A stretch of DNA of 64,000 bases, taken from positions 1-64,000 of IMG/VR virus record IMGVR_UViG_2562617114_000001; one strand, given 5' to 3'. Made by a program: the position numbers and the translations under genes. The stretch comes from a virus. Lineage: Duplodnaviria > Caudoviricetes. This document shows positions 36,548 through 42,422 of this stretch, piece by piece. The notes below the pieces were generated by a model. The model was given only the letters and a program-made list of their open reading frames with translations, was not told where the DNA came from and ran no database searches. Position 1 is the stretch's first letter; every line of letters begins with the position of its first letter.

Positions 36548-36871
36548 TCACAGGCTTATGCGGATCGACACAGAAAAGCCCGCCGGTGCGATTTGCACGG
36601 GCGGGCGGTGGATCGGCGCGGGTTTCGGTTTAGGCGCGCGGTATGCGGCCTTGACGGGTTTCGGGCGCGGCAACGGGACCGGGCCAGCGATAGGCAATTC
36701 TGCGAACGACTCCACCAGTGTTGGAGCTGGCGGAGCGGGAATGGGTGCCAGCGCAACAGGGGCGGGCGCTGGTGCGGGTGCGGGCTTGCTGTTGGAGATT
36801 ATGCCGGTGGCGCCTTGGAAAAGCACGAGGGCGACCGTCGCAAGCGTGGGGAAGCCGCCAGCGTGACTCAT
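36548..36871 (-). CDS. Membrane-anchored Pro-rich protein
   Basis: N-terminal hydrophobic stretch, PAPAPAP linker; ATGA-coupled. Confidence 0.55.
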   Translation of the reverse strand: MSHAGGFPTLATVALVLFQGATGIISNSKPAPAPAPAPVALAPIPAPPAPTLVESFAELPIAGPVPLPRPKPVKAAYRAPKPKPAPIHRPPVQIAPAGFSVSIRISL

Positions 36872-37101
36872 GCGGCGGTTCGCTCGCGAGAGGGCAGGAA
36901 GAGTTCCCACGCTTCCCGGGTGGAAAGATAGCGCTCATAGGCAGCCCGGAGCGGCGTGCCTGGCTCACCATGGGCGCGGGGCGTATAGCGGACGTCGCCA
37001 GCCCATTCTCGCGGGAAGGTGCGGCGGATCTCGTCCATCCATTCCTCATCGGCGGCAAGGTGAGCGGCGTATGCGGCGGCCATGGGGGGCAGTTCAGGCA
37101 T
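36868..37101 (-). CDS. Hypothetical protein
   Basis: AAGGAG RBS; 77 aa. Confidence 0.7.
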   Translation of the reverse strand: MPELPPMAAAYAAHLAADEEWMDEIRRTFPREWAGDVRYTPRAHGEPGTPLRAAYERYLSTREAWELFLPSRERTAA

Positions 37102-37252
37102 AGCGGGTCTCCTTCCGAGCCTCGCGGAGAATGCGGCAGATTTCCTCTTTCACCTCTGCATTGGTGGGCTCGCGGCCCAGGCGGGCGCTAAGGCGGTTCA
37201 AGATCGTGTTCTGGTTGTCATTCCGGAACGTGATGTTGATAGCGATCGGCAT
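37094..37252 (-). CDS. Small helical protein (52 aa, not in track)
   Basis: MPIAINITFRNDNQNTILNRLSARLGREPTNAEVKEEICRILREARKETRYA; hairpin motif upstream. Confidence 0.7.
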   Translation of the reverse strand: MPIAINITFRNDNQNTILNRLSARLGREPTNAEVKEEICRILREARKETRYA

Positions 37253-37416
37253 GAGATATCCCTCTGTGCATAATTGCGGGGTGTCGCGCGGCGCTGATAT
37301 CGCGGGCAGGCAGCGGCGCGCATAGTCCTGCCGGTGGAATGAGAGCGGGCTTTAACGGTTCCCGCGCATGGGGTGCCTCCGTGGTGCGGTTGATCGGCGG
37401 GCGGTGGATGACGTGC

Positions 37417-37443
37417 AAAAACCCACCTATGGAGGCGGATCTT
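37417..37443 (-). terminator. Intrinsic terminator
   Basis: ATCCGCC-TCCATA-GGTGGGT-TTTT on minus strand. Confidence 0.6.
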
Positions 37444-37510
37444 CAGGTTCGGGCAGCAACGGCGCGGCCAAGGTGGCAGCCAGAGTGAACAAGAATGCGC
37501 GGCGGTTCAT
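37427..37510 (-). CDS. 27-aa peptide resembling a stand-alone Tat signal
   Basis: MNRRAFLFTLAATLAAPLLPEPEDPPP; ATGA overlap with upstream ORF; runs into terminator. Confidence 0.55.
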   Translation of the reverse strand: MNRRAFLFTLAATLAAPLLPEPEDPPP

Positions 37511-37674
37511 GTGGGCTTGATCGCGTCCAGATATTCCACCCAGCGAAGGGCAAGCACCCAGCAGGCGAGAATAAGCGCGATGGAAAGCGCCGTTACCACT
37601 GTGACCGTGTCCGGCTTGGGCGAGTCTGGCAGTCGAATGAGCGGGCGGACGGAATCGCGACCTTTATCATTCAT
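37507..37674 (-). CDS. Small single-TM protein
   Basis: VTVVTALSIALILACWVLAL; ATGA-coupled. Confidence 0.6.
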   Translation of the reverse strand: MNDKGRDSVRPLIRLPDSPKPDTVTVVTALSIALILACWVLALRWVEYLDAIKPT

Positions 37675-37850
37675 GACACAGGCTCCAAGGCAGCCAAGTC
37701 CCGTGCGGCGGCGATGGCGTCGGAGCGTTCCCTGTAGGTGTCGATAGGTCGGGCGAGACCGCGGCCGATCTTGACCGCCAGAACCCAAAGGGTGCCGTCT
37801 CGGCGGTGCTTGGGGAGGACGACGTAGCGGGAAGGGCTTAGCGTTTTCAT
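37671..37850 (-). CDS. Hypothetical 59-aa protein (not in track)
   Basis: MKTLSPSRYVVLPKHRRDGTLWVLAVK...; ATGA overlaps both ends. Confidence 0.6.
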   Translation of the reverse strand: MKTLSPSRYVVLPKHRRDGTLWVLAVKIGRGLARPIDTYRERSDAIAAARDLAALEPVS

Positions 37851-38011
37851 GCGGCGATCTCCGGAAGGCGGAGACGAGTGCCGTCAACCGAAAGCCAAAC
37901 GGGATTGCGCCGGGACGCGGGACGGATGTTGAGAAGGCCGAAAGCGATACAAAGGCGGCCTATCCGCACGAGGCGGACTCGGCCCACCTTGCGGGTGGAC
38001 ACGTTGAACAT
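37847..38011 (-). CDS. Hypothetical basic 54-aa protein (not in track)
   Basis: MFNVSTRKVGRVRLVRIGRLCIAF...; GGAG RBS plus hairpin motif. Confidence 0.6.
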   Translation of the reverse strand: MFNVSTRKVGRVRLVRIGRLCIAFGLLNIRPASRRNPVWLSVDGTRLRLPEIAA

Positions 38012-38050
38012 GCGGGAATCTCCATAGGTCGCATGATTGCGGGGGGAACG

Positions 38051-38075
38051 AAAAAAGCCGCCCGGAGGCGGCTTT
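38051..38075 (-). terminator. Intrinsic terminator
   Basis: AAGCCGCC-TCCG-GGCGGCTT-TTTT. Confidence 0.85.
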
Positions 38076-38099
38076 AGTTGTCGTAGAGGGGGAGAGCTT

Positions 38100-38336
38100 T
38101 TAGTTCAGCTTTGTCAGCACCGCGAGGGCGCTGACGGCCACGAAAAGCATGCTGCCAAGGCGGACGGTGAGCCGGAGCGTCACCGCGTCCAATGCAGCGG
38201 TCAGGTCTGACTTTGTTACGAGTTCTGCCATGATGAAATCCCGTGCGGCTTCGGCGTGGGCCTCGGCGAGTTTCTGCTCTACGCCTACGTCACGGAGGCG
38301 TTTCGCGTAACCCAGTGTATCAAAGGCAATTGCCAA
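38100..38336 (-). CDS. DUF1640/CCDC90-like coiled-coil membrane protein
   Basis: FDTLGYAKRLRDVG..QAE-like..LVTKSDL..C-terminal TM helix. Confidence 0.8.
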   Translation of the reverse strand: MAIAFDTLGYAKRLRDVGVEQKLAEAHAEAARDFIMAELVTKSDLTAALDAVTLRLTVRLGSMLFVAVSALAVLTKLN

Positions 38337-38383
38337 TTCAAATCTCCTTCATTGCATGATTGCGAGTTCGGCATGTCGCCGCG

Positions 38384-38445
38384 AAAAGGCGCACCACGGC
38401 GCCCTTGCGTAGGGACATGGAAAAGGGGAGGCTAATGCCTCCCCC
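38384..38445 (-). terminator. Two tandem intrinsic terminators
   Basis: GGGGAGGC-ATTA-GCCTCCCC-TTTT and GGGCGC-CGTG-GTGCGCC-TTTT. Confidence 0.8.
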
Positions 38446-38473
38446 CATCGATTACGGACCAACCGCGTATCTG

Positions 38474-39043
38474 TCAGGCGGCAATGTCCATTTCCGCCTG
38501 CTCCGGTGCGGCCGCCGGTGCCGCCTTGACGGCCTTCGCCTTGGCAGGCTTTTCCGCCTTGACCGGAGCGACGACGACATTCGGAGTCTTCGCCAGCGTC
38601 AAAGCTCCCTTGACCGCCTGCAGAATGCGAGGAGACGCGCCCTTTTCGGTCAGGGTTGAGACCACCTTTTCCAGATAGGCGACTTCATCGAATTCCTTTT
38701 CGGACTTCGCCTTGCCTGCCGAGCGTTCATAGTTGGCAGGTGCGATTTCCATCGCCTCATCCATCTTCGAAGCCTTCCCCTTGACGTAGGTGAAGACACT
38801 GGTTGCCTTGTCAAACGAGACCTTGCCGAAAGCCGTTGACCACGAAACGAGACCCTTGCGGTAGTTGACCGGAGTCACCGCGTAAAGCGCGTTGAGGTAT
38901 TTCGGATCGTTGTGCAATTCGACATGGTTCAATGCCGAATATGCAAGCTGGTGCTCGCGCTCCGAAAAGGTGGAAACCACCTTGCCGAAACCGTTGATTG
39001 CCGAATTGAGCTTGGAACCAGTGAGAACAACGAACTTAGCCAT
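38474..39043 (-). CDS. Conserved early phage protein with Ala/Lys/Pro-rich tail
   Basis: HQLAYSALNHVELHND..LNALY...LVSW..AFG resembles early genes of phiKMV/SP6-like phages (recalled, unverified). Confidence 0.75.
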   Translation of the reverse strand: MAKFVVLTGSKLNSAINGFGKVVSTFSEREHQLAYSALNHVELHNDPKYLNALYAVTPVNYRKGLVSWSTAFGKVSFDKATSVFTYVKGKASKMDEAMEIAPANYERSAGKAKSEKEFDEVAYLEKVVSTLTEKGASPRILQAVKGALTLAKTPNVVVAPVKAEKPAKAKAVKAAPAAAPEQAEMDIAA

Positions 39044-39132
39044 AACCATTTCTCCATTTGTGCCATGATTGGCGGGTTTGAAGCGATTGCTTCACTAAAG
39101 GCATGCTCGGAGACATGCCCTTAAAGCTGCAA

Positions 39133-39309
39133 TCACAAGGCCATTGCGGCCTCGTCTTTCCGGCGTTCGATTTCTTTCCGGTGAGACCGTGCCGTTTGTT
39201 CCGCCGTGATCGATCCGGCAAGGTTGCCGTTTCGAAGGTGGGAAGCCGCACGACGTTCCATGTAAGCCGCAAGGTTTTCCAACGCCTGAATTGCCCGTAG
39301 TTCTTCCAT
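39133..39309 (-). CDS. Small hypothetical protein
   Basis: MEELRAIQALENLAAYMERRAASH...; GGAAGGG upstream. Confidence 0.55.
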   Translation of the reverse strand: MEELRAIQALENLAAYMERRAASHLRNGNLAGSITAEQTARSHRKEIERRKDEAAMAL

Positions 39310-39361
39310 CTCGTTCGCCCTTCCACTGAAAGAGCAAGGCCGTTCGCCTTGCCGTCGCAAT

Positions 39362-39940
39362 GGAAAAGGCCCGCCAGAGTGAGACCGGCAGGCCCTTAGA
39401 AACTTTGATGTTTCGGTTATTCGGTTGTTTGTTCTCTGAAATCCCGTGCCTGTATCGGTTGAAGGGTTGCAGCACTTAAGGGATTTTCTCCCTTTGCCAG
39501 CTATCTTTCCGCCACCTGAGAGCGTTGCCGCTCCCTGCCGTGCCTATTGCTATTCCTAAAGCGAGCCTTTCGCCTTTCCAGTGCATGTTGATCCATGCTT
39601 CGCAATCTCTCCCGCCACCGCTCTAAGAGCGTTCGGCCGGAACCTTCACCGATGCAAGTGTTTTGATATCCGTACCTTGCCGCACGTCCTTCCCCGCAAC
39701 ACTGGTTTTGAGTTTCCAGCTACTGACACGCTTTCGCCTTGTCATTGGGTCGCCTGATTCGTGACCGCGTTTCTCGTTCGTCCAAGCTTTCTTTCAATCG
39801 CCAGAAACCACACGAACGAGTGTCCGTCACGTCTCTGGTACACCTGCCGAAAGCTTGGCAAGAAACCGTCATCTTGTTTTCAAAGAACCCGGCGAACCGC
39901 CTAACCGGCTTGCCGTCCCGAATGCTTTTCTCCATTCGGT
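39362..39940 (-). ncRNA. Candidate structured leader / ncRNA with boxA, ending in intrinsic terminator
   Basis: At least 7 hairpins including GAGCG-GCAA-CGCTC; GTTCTTTGAAAAC boxA at 39876-39888; terminator at 39362-39397. Confidence 0.5.
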
Positions 39941-39944
39941 ATGA

Positions 39945-39975
39945 ACAAGATAATACGTTTCGTATTGAGTAAAAG
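39945..39975 (-). promoter_or_regulatory. Leftward promoter with perfect repressor operator
   Basis: ATACG-TTT-CGTAT at 39953-65, identical to the cI/cro operator; TTTTAC-N16-TATCTT on minus strand. Confidence 0.65.
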
Positions 39976-40714
39976 CCCTAAATTACGAAAAACATGCCGA
40001 AACCGTATATCATATTGAAAACATTGAAAAAGAAAATTTGCAGAAACGTATTGCTACCCGTTCACAGCTGCCAAAAGTAGACCGGTTTTTCAGCCGAAAT
40101 CCGCAAAAGTTATCCATTTAAATCAGAGAGTTAGACGAGGAAAATAGGGTGTCGAGCTGTGCTCCGGTTCGAAGCCCGCCAAAAAAGCCAGCAAAACCAA
40201 TAGGGCGTTCGCCTGGTAGCAATCCTATACGACCCGAATAAACAGCACTCGAAGAGGGCAGGGGGACGCAAGGGAACGGGAAAGAGCCCCGCTTGCGTGT
40301 TAACAGTGCTGCGAGTCACACAAGCTTCCAGAACGTCGGATTGCGTCCTGAGTGATCCGGCTTCCAGCTTCCCCCTTCCATCGCTAGCACGCTAGGCAGC
40401 ACCCGCCGCGCATATCCTTCCAAGCCGGGTAAGCGCCGTTCCGTGCATCCGTCACCGCCACGCCGCGACCGCTTCACCGCGACCACGCAAGCAAGCGAAC
40501 CATTGACGCAAGGCAGGTGGAAGGGGGAGGGACAAGCCCCCAGAGGGGGAGAGGCAAGGCACCCGCCACCATGCCAGTGCGTCACCTGCCAGACTGCCAA
40601 GCCGCACCCTTGGCACCCGCCACACGGCAGCACCTGCCGCGACCATAGGCAGGCAGGCACCCTCGCAGGGCATTAGTTCAATGATATCAACGCGCTACGC
40701 ACCCCCGCCGAGCT

Positions 40715-40750
40715 AGGTTCTTCCGAGGGGGAGGGGGTCGACCGCGGGTC
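40715..40750 (+). other. Lambda-like cos site
   Basis: AGGTTCTTCC...GGGGGTCGAC-CGCGGG parallels lambda cosQ GGGTCCT and cosN GGGCGGCGACCT-CGCGGG; upstream of Nu1/gpA-type terminase. Confidence 0.6.
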
Positions 40751-40833
40751 GGCGGCAGCGCAGCCTTTGAGCGTTTTTGTGATTTCGAAATTCACCCTTC
40801 CGATTCCCGTTTTTCCAGCGAGAGGAAGCGATC

Positions 40834-41022
40834 GTGTTCAGATCTCCATTCAGCATCACGCCGGTGACGGACGGCCGAGGGGTGGTCACTGGCACCAGGT
40901 ACTTCTTCGACGAACTCGACGAGGATCAACGTGAGGAAATCATTCGCAAAATTCCCCGAGCGAAGATCTCGGACCGGGGAGTTATCGAGGTGATCGTTCC
41001 GGCTGACGACGAAGAAAAATAA
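40834..41022 (+). CDS. Hypothetical protein
   Basis: 62 aa, GAGGAAG RBS, GTG start. Confidence 0.6.
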   Translation: MFRSPFSITPVTDGRGVVTGTRYFFDELDEDQREEIIRKIPRAKISDRGVIEVIVPADDEEK

Positions 41023-41148
41023 TTCTCCGGATCGGGCAAGAAATGACCAGGCGCCACCGGGCGGATACCAAGCGCCTTGCGAAATCATTCTACGGGTCGC
41101 ATCACCTGAATGCGCAACGTAGAACAATCATATCGTTTGGGGTCTCGG

Positions 41149-41838
41149 ATGCGCATCGTGGTCGGCCGGTCGAACATGTCGGCGCTTAGGCGCTTCGAGG
41201 AAATGGCAAAGCTGCTCGCAAGTCCTCGAGCAAAATCGGAACTGATGCGCGGCGTGATCGACGCCGGCCGCAGGACGAAGACGCCAGTGCAGCGCGCGGT
41301 CTTTCGGCAGATGGCGCTGAAGCCTGGCAACTACAACAGCTACGTCGTGGCCGGCACGAGAGGCGTGCCTCGCAAGGAGCTCCTGGCCTACGACATCTTT
41401 GGCGTGAAGGGCGGCGCCAAGATCGAGGCTTACAAGGGCCTGCGCGCGGTAAGCCGAGGCAACAAGCTGAACGTCGGCCGCAAGGGCGGCGATCGCGGCG
41501 TGGTCCGATCCGGCGTCTGGAACAACCCGCGCATCTTCAAGCGCTCGTTCGAAGGCAATGCCGGCAGCTTCTATGCGATGCGGCCGGCGAGCGCCGGGAC
41601 ATCGAGCCGCGCACCGAAAGCGCTGTGGACGTTCGGCCTGAAGGTCAGCCAGCCGAGAGGCGCGCGCGGACGGTTCGAAGCGACCAATGTCCAGTATGGC
41701 AAGGTCCGCAAGCTCTTCGGCCCGGCGCTGATGAAGGAAATCCCGGAGGACCAGTCGCTCATGACCTTCATGGCGCAAGGCCCGATGCACCTCGAGCAGC
41801 AGGTGATGAAGCGGGTAACGAAACTCATGAGGTACTGA
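41149..41838 (+). CDS. Lambda gpZ-like tail completion protein
   Basis: Very basic; IFKRSF, VRKLFGPALMKE motifs. Confidence 0.6.
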   Translation: MRIVVGRSNMSALRRFEEMAKLLASPRAKSELMRGVIDAGRRTKTPVQRAVFRQMALKPGNYNSYVVAGTRGVPRKELLAYDIFGVKGGAKIEAYKGLRAVSRGNKLNVGRKGGDRGVVRSGVWNNPRIFKRSFEGNAGSFYAMRPASAGTSSRAPKALWTFGLKVSQPRGARGRFEATNVQYGKVRKLFGPALMKEIPEDQSLMTFMAQGPMHLEQQVMKRVTKLMRY

Positions 41839-42422
41839 TGGCAGCCCGGACTAAAAACGCCGCAGCACCGGCGAAGTCGTCCAAGAAGGCCCTCAAGCCC
41901 TTGAAAACCAAGGCGGCGAAGGCGGACGAAAAAACGGCCGTCGACGAGATGGTCGTCAACCAGACCGAAATGGCCGCCGTTCTGGGCGTGACCACGCGGT
42001 GGCTTCGGGAGCAGACCGCGGCCGGCATCGTCCCAACGGAAGGACGAGGGCGCTTCAAGATCGGCGCCGTCGTCCAAGCATACATCGCCTACTCCAAGGA
42101 AGGGGCGGTGAAAAAGACCGGGACCGAGAGCCTGGACGATCTCCGAAAAGAAAAGGCCCTCGACATCCGCCTCGCTCGAGCGCGGAAGGATCGTGAAGTC
42201 ATCGCCCTCGACGAAGCCATCAGCACGGCAGAGGAGTTGGCAGGCTTGTTCGTCTCCTCGCTCGTCGGTCTCCCAGCACAGATAACGGGGGTGCCGAGAG
42301 AGCGGCAACGGCTGAATGACATCTTCGACGCAGAGCGCCTACGCCTCACCGATCGTTTCACCAAAAGGATCGCAACTCTTCGCACGGGCGAGGAAGATCC
42401 TGACTCCACGGCCGAGGACTAA
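41838..42422 (+). CDS. Terminase small subunit (Nu1-like)
   Basis: wHTH NQTEMAAVLGVTTRWL..GRGRFKIGAVVQAYI plus coiled coil. Confidence 0.85.
   Translation: MAARTKNAAAPAKSSKKALKPLKTKAAKADEKTAVDEMVVNQTEMAAVLGVTTRWLREQTAAGIVPTEGRGRFKIGAVVQAYIAYSKEGAVKKTGTESLDDLRKEKALDIRLARARKDREVIALDEAISTAEELAGLFVSSLVGLPAQITGVPRERQRLNDIFDAERLRLTDRFTKRIATLRTGEEDPDSTAED

Noticed and set aside
22465-39073. Hairpin motif read as a sigma54 promoter (TGGCA and TTGC words present)
   Set aside because: In the copies checked the GG-N10-GC spacing is not met, and no TTGC follows TGGCA at -12.
22465-39073. The ATG inside each hairpin as the true start codon
   Set aside because: In frame for some genes, out of frame for others (27245, 29385, 39062); a good Shine-Dalgarno lies downstream of it.
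22465-39073. CRISPR array or integron attC array
   Set aside because: Repeats are only 12 nt, degenerate and separated by 0.3-3 kb of genes; no cas gene, integron integrase or R/L box structure.
39095-39475. 126-aa ORF in the leader region
   Set aside because: Runs through a clear terminator hairpin and overlaps a better ORF in another frame.
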